Assembly: GCA_964588435.1 (NCBI GenBank)
Contig: CAZPPI010000002.1
Span: forward strand, 3,542-67,541
Length of the DNA: 64,000 nucleotides
Direction: 5' to 3'
DNA from: an uncultured Gammaproteobacteria bacterium
GTDB lineage: Bacteria; Patescibacteriota; Patescibacteriia; Patescibacteriales; UBA12465
Numbering within the stretch: the first letter of the stretch is position 1; each line of letters begins with the position of its first letter. This document shows, piece after piece, positions 9,669-20,047 of this stretch. A model generated the notes under the pieces. That model did no database searches. It had not been told where the DNA came from and was given only the letters and a program-made list of their open reading frames with translations. The position numbers and the translations under genes were made by a program.

Positions 9669-10826
9669 ATGATTTGGATAAATTTTTTACATCTTTACCA
9701 GCCAGCTAATACTGACAATTATCATCTTCAAGAATCGCTTGATAAAAGTTATTGGCGTTTAATTCGTTTGTTAGAAAATAACCCTGAGTTGCGAATGACT
9801 TTTAATGTAAGTGGTTGTTTGTTGGAGCGTCTAGAAAACATGGGTAAACTTGATTTTATTGAAGCTTTAAAAAAATTAAATAATAGTGGACGCTTAGAAC
9901 TTGTTTCTTCGGCTGCTTATCACGGTTTTTTGCCACTCTTACCCGAGGAAGAAGTGAAAAAACAAATAGAGGAAAATGAAATAATTTTAAAGAGGTTTTT
10001 TGGTTCCAATTTTAAAGCTAAGGGATTTTTTTTACCAGAGATGTCTTACTCGCCAGCTTTAGCTAAAATTGTAAAAAGTTTTGGGTATGAGTGGATTATT
10101 TTGGATCAAATATCAGCTGTTTCTGAGCAAATTAATTCAGAACAAATTTTTATTGATGAGGCTAGCGGACTTAAAGTAATTTTTCGTCAACGCGAGTTTT
10201 CTCGAGCTTATCCACCAGATGAAATTTATAAATTGTTAACAGTTAATAAATCGGTAGTAGTTAGCGCGACTGATGCTGAACTTTATGGCTTAAGGCATGA
10301 GGACCCGACCGCTGAAATGGAGAAAGTCGCTGCTGATAAAAGAATTATTACTAAAACTGTTAGTGATTATATTGCTTCTTTTTCATTTGAAAATTTATTA
10401 ACTATAAAATTAAGGGAGTCTTCTTGGGAAAGCGAGGAGGAAGACATTCTTCAAGGGAAACCTTTTATTCTTTGGCAAGATAAAAAAAACATTATTCATC
10501 GTGATCTTTGGCGCTTAGCTAATCTTTCCTTAGGTTTGGGTGAAAAATTTAAAGATGATAAAAATATTGAATGGCACCGTTGGCACTTAGTTAGAGGTCT
10601 AGCTAGTTGTACTTTTTGGTGGGCGAGCGCTAATGATTTTGCTTCCAGTTTTGGACCCTATGCTTGGAACCCTGATATTGTTGAGCGTGGTTTAAACGAT
10701 TTATTGCGTTCAGTTAGAGCAATAGAAGATAAAAAAAGCTTAAGAGACAAATTAAAAGCTGAGGCTTTATGCCTTTGTATTAAAAAAAATTTATGGCGTC
10801 ATCATTGGCTTAAGCATTGGCTTTGA
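9669..10826 (+). CDS. glycoside hydrolase family 57 protein (alpha-glucan branching/glucanotransferase-like)
   Basis: GH57 signature regions: INFLHLYQP (region I), NVSGCLLERL, ELVSSAAYHGFLPLL, FFLPEMSY (nucleophile Glu region) and SATDAELYG. Short (385 aa) for a GH57 member. Confidence 0.6.
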   Translation: MIWINFLHLYQPANTDNYHLQESLDKSYWRLIRLLENNPELRMTFNVSGCLLERLENMGKLDFIEALKKLNNSGRLELVSSAAYHGFLPLLPEEEVKKQIEENEIILKRFFGSNFKAKGFFLPEMSYSPALAKIVKSFGYEWIILDQISAVSEQINSEQIFIDEASGLKVIFRQREFSRAYPPDEIYKLLTVNKSVVVSATDAELYGLRHEDPTAEMEKVAADKRIITKTVSDYIASFSFENLLTIKLRESSWESEEEDILQGKPFILWQDKKNIIHRDLWRLANLSLGLGEKFKDDKNIEWHRWHLVRGLASCTFWWASANDFASSFGPYAWNPDIVERGLNDLLRSVRAIEDKKSLRDKLKAEALCLCIKKNLWRHHWLKHWL

Positions 10827-10878
10827 AAATTTAGATTTAGTTTTAATAAAAAGAAAGGTTATTAAAGACAGATTATTT

Positions 10879-11922
10879 ATGAATAAAATTTTGCAGTTGT
10901 TAGATGAGGATTTTGTCCGCCAATATTTTGATCGTGAGCTCTTAGCTCTTTATCCAGATTTTTTAAAAATTGTTTCGGTTAAAATAAAACCTTATAAAAA
11001 ATTAATTTGGCAAACAACTTATCATGTCGTTGTCGCTTTTGAAGTTGAGTTTTTAACCAAGAAGAAGGACTTAGAGAGTGTTTTTTTAGTTTGTTCAGCT
11101 CATAGCGAGGAGCCAAGAGAAAATGTTTTTAAGGTTTTAACTTTTCTTCGACAACAGGGATTTGCTAATAACTGGATAGATATTCCTGCCCCTTTGTTTT
11201 TTTCTGAGGAGTTTAAGGGAGTGTTTTACACTGGTTTAAAAGGAGAAAATATTTTAAAGCAAGTGAGAATCGGTGGTGATATTGCTGCAGAAAAAATTGC
11301 TTTAGCGGGAAAACTATTTGCCGCTCTTCATTCTCTGCCTATTCAGGATGCTTCAAGGTTTAATTTGCAAAGGTCTAAGATTGCTAATGTTGTCCCAGGA
11401 GTTGAAGTAATATTGAGAGAAATGTCGCTACGTTATAAGGGCGTTTATGATGAGGATTTAAGAGAATTTTATGATCACTTTATTAATAAGGAAGCTGAAT
11501 TTTTTAAATCTGAAGAAAACTTAACCTTAATTCATGGTGATGCTCATCTAGAAAACATTATTGATACTGGCGTAGGACGCTTAGGTATTATTGATTTTGC
11601 TGATCTTTGCCTTAGTGATTTTGCTAGAGATTTAGGAACCTTTTTACAACAATTAGAATATCGAGCTACCAGTGTTAAAACTGGTTTAAGAAATCCAGAA
11701 GAAAATGCTCGATTTAAAAAAATATTTTTAGATGAATATACTAAAGCTAGGGGTTTGAAATTGGATAAAAATTTAAAAGCTAGAATTAAACTTTATTATG
11801 ATTGGACGATGTTAAGAACGGCAACTTATTTTTTTCTTAAAGCTGAAGTTGAGATTGAACGAGCTGAAGCTTTATTTACTAGAGTGCGAGCTAGTTTTAA
11901 AAAGAATGAGCCAATTATTTAA
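10879..11922 (+). CDS. aminoglycoside-phosphotransferase-fold kinase (possible sugar/maltokinase-like)
   Basis: Brenner catalytic motif LIHGDAHLENII and DFADL Mg-binding motif of the APH/choline-kinase fold. Sits in a glycogen-gene context. Confidence 0.55.
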   Translation: MNKILQLLDEDFVRQYFDRELLALYPDFLKIVSVKIKPYKKLIWQTTYHVVVAFEVEFLTKKKDLESVFLVCSAHSEEPRENVFKVLTFLRQQGFANNWIDIPAPLFFSEEFKGVFYTGLKGENILKQVRIGGDIAAEKIALAGKLFAALHSLPIQDASRFNLQRSKIANVVPGVEVILREMSLRYKGVYDEDLREFYDHFINKEAEFFKSEENLTLIHGDAHLENIIDTGVGRLGIIDFADLCLSDFARDLGTFLQQLEYRATSVKTGLRNPEENARFKKIFLDEYTKARGLKLDKNLKARIKLYYDWTMLRTATYFFLKAEVEIERAEALFTRVRASFKKNEPII

Positions 11923-12019
11923 GATAATTTTTTTTGCCCTTGCGAAATTTGGTTAAGACCATTAAAATTAAAGATAGAGTCGAGATTTTTAAAAATTTTT
12001 GTTAATTTACTACTGTTTT

Positions 12020-14611
12020 ATGTCTAGAAGGAAGAAAAAACAATCAGGCTTTGAAACTATTTCCATGCCATCTCTTGAACTTAGTGATAAGGCAAGAAAA
12101 AGTGTTTTTATTGTTATTTTAGCAGTGTTTGGTCTTATTAGCTTGTTAGGACTTTTTAATTTATCTGGTCATTTTGGTGGTTTTGTTGCTAAATATTTAG
12201 GGCTTATTTTTGGATTTGGAAAGTGGCTAGTACCTTTAATTTTTCTTTATTGGGCTTTAGTTGTGGCTGATAAAATTGGTCATTATTTAAAATTCTCTAA
12301 TTATTTAGGTTTATTTTTGCTATTTGTTTCCTATCAAAGTCTTTTTCATTTTTTTATTACTCAAGAAGCCTGGGAAGCTTCAGCTTTGGCTGGACGAGGA
12401 GGTGGTTATATTGGTTTATATTTAAGCCAAGCAACTAATTATGTTTTTGGTGTTTATGGTGGGGTTATAGTTCTTTTTGCTTTATTTTTAATTGCTTTAG
12501 TTTTAGCTTTTAATACTTCTTTAACAAAAATAATTGGTCGTGAATCTTTTTTGGCTAAAGTTTTTCTTCCTTTGTTTTTATTTTTTCAAGCACTTTTTTC
12601 TGGAAAAAATAAAATTGAGTCTGAAGAAGGGGAAAATGAAAATAAAGAGAGACTTAATGAATCTCAAGAATTTATTGATAATGCTCGAGAAGAAATTTTA
12701 AGTTCTTGGGCAAAAAAAGACATAAATTATTTAAGTGCTGAGGAAGAGAATTCTGGAGAAGATATTAATCCAGCTGCCTTGCATAAAGATGACTTAAAGG
12801 TTCAGGAAAAAATAGTTTGGCCGAAAAAGAGAATTAAGATTGATTTGCCTTTGGAGTTATTAAATAATAAATTTTCCAAAGCAATTGGTGGGGATATTGA
12901 TGTTAATGCTGAAAAGATTAAAAAAACTTTAGAGAAGTTTGGCATTGGGGTTGAGATGGGAGAAACGAAGGTTGGTCCAACGGTAACTCAATATACTTTT
13001 CGTCCAGCTGAGGGAGTTAAGCTTTCAAGAATAACAACTTTAAATAATGATCTTTCCTTATCTTTAGCGGCTCACCCAATTAGAATAGAGGCACCAATTC
13101 CAGGAAAATCTTTGGTTGGGGTTGAAGTTCCTAATAAAGCTAAGGCAATTGTTGGTCTTAGAGAAATTTTGGAAGATGATAACTTTAAAAAACGAAAAAA
13201 TAATTTGATGATTTCTCTTGGTAAAGATGTTGCTGGTATGGCTTGGCTTTATGATTTAACAAAAATGCCCCACTTATTAGTTGCTGGAGCAACTAATTCC
13301 GGTAAGTCAGTTTGTTTAAACGCAATCATTGTTTCTTTACTTTATCAAAATAATCCGGATGATGTGCGCTTTATTATGGTTGATCCAAAACGAGTAGAGC
13401 TCCCAACGTATAATGGAATTCCTCATCTTCTAACCCCAGTTATTACTGATGTTAATAAAACTATTAATGCTTTGAAATGGTGTTTAAATGAGATGGATAG
13501 ACGTTATGATTTATTAAATAAAGCTAATAAAAGAAATATTCAATCTTATAATACGACGACTAAAGAAAAACTGCCTTATATAATATTTATTATTGATGAG
13601 TTAGCCGACTTTATGATGACTAGCGGTAAAGAGATGGAGGCGGCGATTATTCGTTTAGCGCAAATGTCTCGAGCAATTGGAATTCATCTTATTTTAGCAA
13701 CTCAAAGACCAAGCGTTGATGTTATTACTGGTTTGATTAAAGCTAATATTCCAACTCGTATTGCTTTTTCTGTAGCTTCTTTAGTTGATTCTAAGACAAT
13801 TTTAGATTCATCGGGGGCAGAAAAACTTTTAGGTCAGGGGGATATGTTATTTTCTGCAGCTGAGTTTGCTAAACCAAAAAGAATTCAAGGAGCTTATTTG
13901 AGTGATGAGGAAATTAATGATGTTGTTAATTATATTAAAGAAAAAAGTGGTGCAGCTGATTATCTTGAAGGCGTTACTGATAGGCAGAAGGTTAATGGTA
14001 ATGCTGGAGTTGGTTTAGATGGGACTCATGGCGATGAAGACGAATTATTTGAAGAAGCTAAGGAAATAATTATTAAAGCGGGAAAGGCTTCAACTTCAAT
14101 GTTGCAAAGGCGGCTTTCTATTGGCTATGGTCGAGCAGCTAAAATTTTAGATATGCTTGAGGAAAATGGTATTATTGGCGCTTCTAATGGCTCGAAACCA
14201 AGGGAAGTTTTAATTAGTAGTGGGGAATATAATTCGGAAAAAGATTCTTTAAGTGGCATACCAATTCATAATCGGGATAGTTTTAGAGCACCAGAAAGTT
14301 ATTTTTCTTCAAGTCATGATGATGAAGATGATGAAGATGAAGATGGTAGTGATGATGGTATTTTGGTTTTTACTGATGATAGGGGAAATAAGGAAGATGT
14401 GGAAATCGAAACGATAGAAGACGAAGATAATTTGAATAAAAATAGTGAATTTTTATTAGATGAAGAAGAGATCAAAGAAATAGTTAACGATGAAGATGAA
14501 ATTTTAGAAGATATTAGAAACAAAGAAGAGAAAAAACAAGAATCAAATAATTCTACCGACGTAAAACCTTTGCCTTTCGAGGAAGATGATGAGATGTTTT
14601 TTTCTCGTTAA
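12020..14611 (+). CDS. ftsK: DNA translocase FtsK/SpoIIIE with long acidic C-terminal extension
   Basis: N-terminal polytopic membrane domain. Motor domain with Walker A GATNSGKS and Walker B IIFIIDELAD. Gamma winged-helix domain (SMLQRRLSIGYGRAAKILDMLEENGIIG). A further ~150-aa D/E-rich tail follows. Start placed at ATG 12020 rather than the upstream TTG at 11999. Confidence 0.9.
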   Translation: MSRRKKKQSGFETISMPSLELSDKARKSVFIVILAVFGLISLLGLFNLSGHFGGFVAKYLGLIFGFGKWLVPLIFLYWALVVADKIGHYLKFSNYLGLFLLFVSYQSLFHFFITQEAWEASALAGRGGGYIGLYLSQATNYVFGVYGGVIVLFALFLIALVLAFNTSLTKIIGRESFLAKVFLPLFLFFQALFSGKNKIESEEGENENKERLNESQEFIDNAREEILSSWAKKDINYLSAEEENSGEDINPAALHKDDLKVQEKIVWPKKRIKIDLPLELLNNKFSKAIGGDIDVNAEKIKKTLEKFGIGVEMGETKVGPTVTQYTFRPAEGVKLSRITTLNNDLSLSLAAHPIRIEAPIPGKSLVGVEVPNKAKAIVGLREILEDDNFKKRKNNLMISLGKDVAGMAWLYDLTKMPHLLVAGATNSGKSVCLNAIIVSLLYQNNPDDVRFIMVDPKRVELPTYNGIPHLLTPVITDVNKTINALKWCLNEMDRRYDLLNKANKRNIQSYNTTTKEKLPYIIFIIDELADFMMTSGKEMEAAIIRLAQMSRAIGIHLILATQRPSVDVITGLIKANIPTRIAFSVASLVDSKTILDSSGAEKLLGQGDMLFSAAEFAKPKRIQGAYLSDEEINDVVNYIKEKSGAADYLEGVTDRQKVNGNAGVGLDGTHGDEDELFEEAKEIIIKAGKASTSMLQRRLSIGYGRAAKILDMLEENGIIGASNGSKPREVLISSGEYNSEKDSLSGIPIHNRDSFRAPESYFSSSHDDEDDEDEDGSDDGILVFTDDRGNKEDVEIETIEDEDNLNKNSEFLLDEEEIKEIVNDEDEILEDIRNKEEKKQESNNSTDVKPLPFEEDDEMFFSR

Positions 14612-14666
14612 TTATTTATTTTCAATTTTTTAAAGATAATTAGTATAAATTAATAATTTTAAATTT

Positions 14667-15029
14667 ATGAATAATTTTGAAAATCCACAAGACATTATTA
14701 ATAAAGAAACTTTGGTTGATGCTGAAAAGTTAGCGCCGATTGAAAATATCAAAATTGTACAAGAACAGTTGGATGAGATAAAAGATAACCTTGAAAAATT
14801 AAAAGTTTTTCAAAAAGAAGTATCTGATGAAATTGATAAACATATTGATAGTTTATCCGATGCTATTAAAAGTCAGGAGCACTATCAAATAGAGTTAAAG
14901 TTGCATGAATTACAAACTGAGTTAACTTTAATTAGTTTAAAAATTAAAGAAAAGGTTGAGCAATTACAACTTATACTTTTATCAATGAATAAAATTAAAG
15001 ATTTAAATCAGGTATCGGTGCAAAATTAA
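14667..15029 (+). CDS. hypothetical coiled-coil protein (120 aa)
   Basis: Heptad-rich sequence lying between ftsK and the murE-like gene. No recognisable family. Confidence 0.5.
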   Translation: MNNFENPQDIINKETLVDAEKLAPIENIKIVQEQLDEIKDNLEKLKVFQKEVSDEIDKHIDSLSDAIKSQEHYQIELKLHELQTELTLISLKIKEKVEQLQLILLSMNKIKDLNQVSVQN

Positions 15030-15036
15030 ATTTAAA

Positions 15037-16470
15037 ATGCTCAACTTACTTAAAAAATTAATTCCTCAAAAAATTTTTAAAATTATAAGTCCGGCTTATC
15101 ATTTTATTTTGAGTTTTTTTGCTGCTTTTATTTATGGTTTTCCTAGCCATCGATTAATTGTTATTGGTGTTACTGGAACAGCTGGTAAAACTTCAACCGC
15201 TTATTTAATTACGAGGATGTTGACTGACGCTGGTTATAAAACTGGAATGACATCAACTACTATTTTTTCTGATGGAGAAAAGGAATGGCTTAATGATAAA
15301 AAAATGACAATGCCGGGGCGTTTTTTTATTCAAAAACTTTTAAAGAAAATGTTAAAAAACGCTTGTGTTTATGCTATTATTGAAACAACTTCAGAGGGAA
15401 TTAAACAATTTCGCCATCGTTTTATTAATTATGATACAGTTTTATTTACTGGTCTTTATCCAGAGCATATCGAGTCTCATGGTAGCTTTGAAAAATATAA
15501 AAAAGAGAAGGGAAAATTATTTGCTCATTTAAAAAGATGCGGGGTTAAACATTTAGATGAAAATAAGAGGATTGTAAAACCAGGGAGTCAGTTAAAAAAA
15601 TTAGATTTTAAACGGCTTGATAAAACTGTAATTATTAATGGTGATGACGCTGAAGCTGAATATTTTTTGAATTTTTGGTCAGAGGCAAAGATTATTTGTT
15701 CATTTCAGTCTGAAGATTTTTTAGTTGATTTAAAGACTAAGATAAAACCAGAGAACTTAAGCAATGATTTAACTTTTGTTCTTGGTCGTGATGTTGTGGG
15801 AACTGCTCAGGGAACTAGTTTTATTATTAATGATGAAAAGATAAATTTAAAATTGCTTGGTGATTTTAATGCTAAAAACGCAATTAATGCTTATGCTGTT
15901 GGCTTAAATCAAGGTCTTGCTAAAAATCAAATTAAAGTTGGGCTTGAAAGTGTTAGAGCTTTAGCGGGTAAACTTGAAATAGTAGAGCTCGGTCAAAATT
16001 TTAAGGTGATTGTTGATTATTCTTTTGAGCCTAAAGCCCTAGAAAATCTTTATAAAATTATTGATTTAATTCCGCACAATAAATTAATTCATCTTTTAGG
16101 TTCAACTGGGGGTGGGCGCGATAAAGCTCGCCGTCCTATTTTAGGAGCTTTAGCAGCTAAGAGGGCTGACATAATAGTTGTTAGTAATGAGGATCCTTAT
16201 GACGAAGATCCAGCAACTATTATCAATGAAGTTGCTCGTGGCGCGGAGCTTGAGGGTAAAGAATTAGGTAGGAACTTATTTAAAGTTCTAGATCGTCGCG
16301 AGGGCATAAAAAAATCACTAGAATTAGCAGAAAAAGATGATTTAGTTCTTTTTACTGGTAAGGGAGCGGAACAATTTATTTGTCTAGAGAAGGGTAAGAA
16401 AATCCCCTGGAATGAAACTGAGATTGTTAAAGAATTGGTTGTGGAAAAGATGTGTATTGACAAAAAATAA
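15037..16470 (+). CDS. murE: Mur ligase family protein, MurE-like (UDP-MurNAc-tripeptide synthetase)
   Basis: P-loop GVTGTAGKTST. C-terminal Mur-ligase motif LGSTGGGRDKARRPILG...VSNEDPYDEDP matches the MurE DNPR-EDP region. Confidence 0.6.
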   Translation: MLNLLKKLIPQKIFKIISPAYHFILSFFAAFIYGFPSHRLIVIGVTGTAGKTSTAYLITRMLTDAGYKTGMTSTTIFSDGEKEWLNDKKMTMPGRFFIQKLLKKMLKNACVYAIIETTSEGIKQFRHRFINYDTVLFTGLYPEHIESHGSFEKYKKEKGKLFAHLKRCGVKHLDENKRIVKPGSQLKKLDFKRLDKTVIINGDDAEAEYFLNFWSEAKIICSFQSEDFLVDLKTKIKPENLSNDLTFVLGRDVVGTAQGTSFIINDEKINLKLLGDFNAKNAINAYAVGLNQGLAKNQIKVGLESVRALAGKLEIVELGQNFKVIVDYSFEPKALENLYKIIDLIPHNKLIHLLGSTGGGRDKARRPILGALAAKRADIIVVSNEDPYDEDPATIINEVARGAELEGKELGRNLFKVLDRREGIKKSLELAEKDDLVLFTGKGAEQFICLEKGKKIPWNETEIVKELVVEKMCIDKK

Positions 16471-16630
16471 AAAATATAATAATATAAGTTTATCTTAACA
16501 CTTTTTTAGCTTTTAAAAAAAGTGATTTATCAAAAAAATAGTTAACTTAATAAAGTGAAACTCGAGCCATGTTTGGGGTGGGGTTTTTTGTGTTGAGTAA
16601 TTTTTTTTATTTTCTAATTAAACACATATT

Positions 16631-19600
16631 ATGTCCAATATTATGTCCAAGAGGAAATCATTTTCTGACTCTTTGTCAACTGTGCCAATGCCTGATTTGA
16701 TTGAAATTCAAACTGATTCTTATAAATGGTTTCTAAAAGAAGGTTTAGCTGAACTTTTTGATGAAATAAATCCAGTGACTGATTTTATTGGTCGTGATTT
16801 AGAATTATATTTTGATGACTACTATTTTGATGAACCAAAATTTTCTGAAATTGAAAGTCGTGATAAAAATATTACTTATGAAGCACCTCTTCGTATTAAG
16901 GCAAGGTTATTAAATAAAAAAACCGGTAAAGCGATTAATCAGGAAATTTTTTTAGGTGATTTTCCTTTAATGACTGGTAATGGAACTTTTATTATTAATG
17001 GGATTGAAAGAGTTATTGTTTCTCAACTTATCCGCTCGGCTGGAGTTATGTTTACCTCTGAATTCATTAAAGGAAAGAAAACTTATGGGGCGAAGATTAT
17101 CCCTAATCGAGGAGCTTGGTTAGAGATTGAAACTGATGCTAATAAAGTTCTTTGGGTTAGAATTGATCGCAAAAGAAAGGTTGCTGCCACCTCTTTGTTA
17201 AGAGCTTTTGGTTATTCAAGTGATGAAGAAATTAAAAAATTATTTGTTGATGTTGATTTAGTTAAAAATGAAGAAGAGCCAACCTTTATTGATGCGACAA
17301 TTGAAAAAGATGCGGCTAAAGATGAGGCTGAAGGTTTACAGGAAGTTTATCGTCGTATTCGTCCAGGAGATTTAGCTTCAGCTGAAAATGCTAAGCAACT
17401 TATTTATTCAATGTTTTTTCGTTTTGATCGTTATGACTTCGGGCGCGTTGGTCGTTATAAATTAAATCGTCGTTTTGGCTTAGATTTATCAGCCACAAAA
17501 AAAGAAAACAGAATTTTACGTCGTGAAGACTTAACTTTAATTTTAAAGGAAGTAATTAGATTAAATATTACTAAAGAACCAGAAGATGATATCGATCACC
17601 TTGGTAATCGTCGTATCAGGGCGATTGGCGGTTTAATTCAAAATCGTTTCCGGGTTGGGCTAGCTCGAATGGAAAGAATTATTAAAGATAGGATGTCAAC
17701 TTCTGATGTTTCTTCTTTAACTCCTTCAAAATTAGTTAATGCTCGTCCAGTTATTGGAGTTGTTCGTGAATTTTTTATGTCCTCCCAATTGTCTCAATTC
17801 ATGGATCAAACTAATCCTTTAGCAGAACTTGAACATAAGCGCCGTTTATCAGCTATGGGACCTGGTGGTTTAACTAGAGAAAGAGCTGGTTTTGATGTTC
17901 GTGATGTACATACTACTCACTATGGACGTATCTGTCCGATTGCTACTCCAGAAGGTCCAAATATTGGTTTAGTTGGTCACTTGGCGAGTTATGCTCGTTT
18001 AAATGTTTATGGTTTTTTAGAAGCTCCATATAAAAAAGTTATTCATGATAAAAAGGGTGCTTATGTTACTGATGAGATTGTTTATCTTGATGCTTTTGAA
18101 GAAGAAAAATATATTACAGCTGATGCTACTATTCCGACCGACAAGAATGGAAGATTTTTGGTAACAAAATTTGAGGTCAGAAAAAACGGTGAACCGGGAA
18201 TGGAAGATGTTAATAAAATTGATTTTGTCGGCGTCGCTGCTAATCAGATTATTTCTATTGCCACCTCTTTAGTCCCTTTCATGGAACATAACGATGGTCA
18301 AAGATCTTTGATGGGAACAAACATGCAACGTCAAGCCGTTCCTCTATTGAAAACTGAGGCCCCAATTGTTGGTACTGGGGTTGAAGCCCGAGCGGCGATA
18401 GACAGTGGCCACGTTGTTATTGCTTCTGAAGATGGGGAAATTACGGCCGTTGATGGAGCTTCGATTGAATTAACTAATAAAAAAGGAGAAAAACAGCTTT
18501 ATACTTTGAATAAATTTTTACGATCTAATTACTCAACCTGTCTAAATCAGCATCCGATTGTTAGTGTTGGCGATAAGGTTAAAAAGGGTGATGTTATTTC
18601 CGATGGTCCAGCAATTGATAATGGTGAATTGTCTTTAGGAAAAAATATTCTTGTTGCCTTTATGACCTGGGAAGGCTTTAATTATGAAGATGCGGTTGTT
18701 ATTTCTGAGAGGATGGTTAAAGATGATGTTTATTCTTCAATCCATATTGAAAATTATGTAATTGATGTTCGTGATACCAAGCTTGGTCCAGAAGTTATTA
18801 CTAATGATATTCCTAATATTTCTGAAGAGAAATTGAAAAATCTTGATGAGGATGGAATTATTAGAATCGGTGCTAAAGTTTCAAGCGGTGATATCTTGGT
18901 TGGTAAAATTACACCAAAAGGAGAAACAACTTTATCAGCTGAAGAAAAATTATTAAGAGCAATTTTTGGTGATAAAGCTAAGGATGTTCGTGACTCCTCT
19001 TTATACTTAGAGCATGGTGAACATGGGAAAGTTGTTGATATTAAAGTTTTCTCTCGTGAAGAGGGTGATAAATTATCGGCTGGTGTTTTGCAATCAATTA
19101 GAGTTTCCGTTGCTAATTTAAGAAAAATTCAAGTTGGTGATAAAATGTCTGGTCGTCATGGAAATAAGGGGGTTATCTCTCGGGTTGTACCAATTGAAGA
19201 TATGCCTTTTATGGCTGATGGTACTCCGATTGATGTAATTTTATCTCCACTTGGTATTATTTCTCGTATGAATTTGGGTCAGTTGCTTGAAACTCATCTT
19301 GGTTTTGCTGCTAAGAAGAATGGTTATAAAGTTATGACACCAGCTTTAAATGGTATTAAAGAACAGGATATTAGAGATGAACTTAGAAAAGCTGGCTTAC
19401 CTGAGGATGGAAAAATTACACTTTTTGATGGAAAGAGTGGTGAAGCTTATGATCATAAAATCACTGTTGGTTATAAATATATGCTTAAACTTAATCATAT
19501 GATTGAGGATAAGATTCACCAACGTTCAATTGGTCCCTACTCATTAATTACCCAACAACCTTTAGGAGGAAAAGCTCAATCAGGTGGTCAAAGATTTGGA

Positions 19601-20017
19601 GAAATGGAAGTTTGGGCGCTTGAGGGTTATGGGGCTGCTCATACTTTACAGGAAATGTTAACAATTAAATCTGATGATGTCCCAGGACGAAGTAAAGCCT
19701 ATGAAGCAATTATTAAAGGCGAGGAAATTGAGAAGTTAAATGTTCCTGAATCTTTTAATGTTTTAATTCGTGAGCTTAAAGGTTTGGGTCTTAATGTTGA
19801 TCTTCTTGGTGGTGACGGGCAAATTGCTTCCGAGGTTTTGACCGAACTTGATAGTGATTTTCAAGAAAAAGAAAAGACGGAATATAAAGATTTAAAAGAA
19901 GTTGCTTCTGAAGAGGCGGCTTTAGTTATTGCTGATGAGGGTGTCTTTGAAGATGAGCTTGGGGAAAATGAAGAACCGATTGTTGAGGATGAGAATGTAG
20001 CGGAAGAGTTAGAATAA
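16631..20017 (+). CDS. rpoB: DNA-directed RNA polymerase subunit beta
   Basis: 1128 aa. Conserved RpoB blocks such as GDKMSGRHGNKGV and RFGEMEVWALEGYGAA. Confidence 0.97.
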   Translation: MSNIMSKRKSFSDSLSTVPMPDLIEIQTDSYKWFLKEGLAELFDEINPVTDFIGRDLELYFDDYYFDEPKFSEIESRDKNITYEAPLRIKARLLNKKTGKAINQEIFLGDFPLMTGNGTFIINGIERVIVSQLIRSAGVMFTSEFIKGKKTYGAKIIPNRGAWLEIETDANKVLWVRIDRKRKVAATSLLRAFGYSSDEEIKKLFVDVDLVKNEEEPTFIDATIEKDAAKDEAEGLQEVYRRIRPGDLASAENAKQLIYSMFFRFDRYDFGRVGRYKLNRRFGLDLSATKKENRILRREDLTLILKEVIRLNITKEPEDDIDHLGNRRIRAIGGLIQNRFRVGLARMERIIKDRMSTSDVSSLTPSKLVNARPVIGVVREFFMSSQLSQFMDQTNPLAELEHKRRLSAMGPGGLTRERAGFDVRDVHTTHYGRICPIATPEGPNIGLVGHLASYARLNVYGFLEAPYKKVIHDKKGAYVTDEIVYLDAFEEEKYITADATIPTDKNGRFLVTKFEVRKNGEPGMEDVNKIDFVGVAANQIISIATSLVPFMEHNDGQRSLMGTNMQRQAVPLLKTEAPIVGTGVEARAAIDSGHVVIASEDGEITAVDGASIELTNKKGEKQLYTLNKFLRSNYSTCLNQHPIVSVGDKVKKGDVISDGPAIDNGELSLGKNILVAFMTWEGFNYEDAVVISERMVKDDVYSSIHIENYVIDVRDTKLGPEVITNDIPNISEEKLKNLDEDGIIRIGAKVSSGDILVGKITPKGETTLSAEEKLLRAIFGDKAKDVRDSSLYLEHGEHGKVVDIKVFSREEGDKLSAGVLQSIRVSVANLRKIQVGDKMSGRHGNKGVISRVVPIEDMPFMADGTPIDVILSPLGIISRMNLGQLLETHLGFAAKKNGYKVMTPALNGIKEQDIRDELRKAGLPEDGKITLFDGKSGEAYDHKITVGYKYMLKLNHMIEDKIHQRSIGPYSLITQQPLGGKAQSGGQRFGEMEVWALEGYGAAHTLQEMLTIKSDDVPGRSKAYEAIIKGEEIEKLNVPESFNVLIRELKGLGLNVDLLGGDGQIASEVLTELDSDFQEKEKTEYKDLKEVASEEAALVIADEGVFEDELGENEEPIVEDENVAEELE

Positions 20018-20047
20018 AATATTTTTCATAAATTAAGATCATAATAT

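Noticed and set aside
14314-14523. Ser-rich 69-aa ORF antisense to the ftsK tail.
   Set aside because: It is an artefact of reading the GAAGAT/GAAGAA acidic-repeat coding region on the opposite strand.
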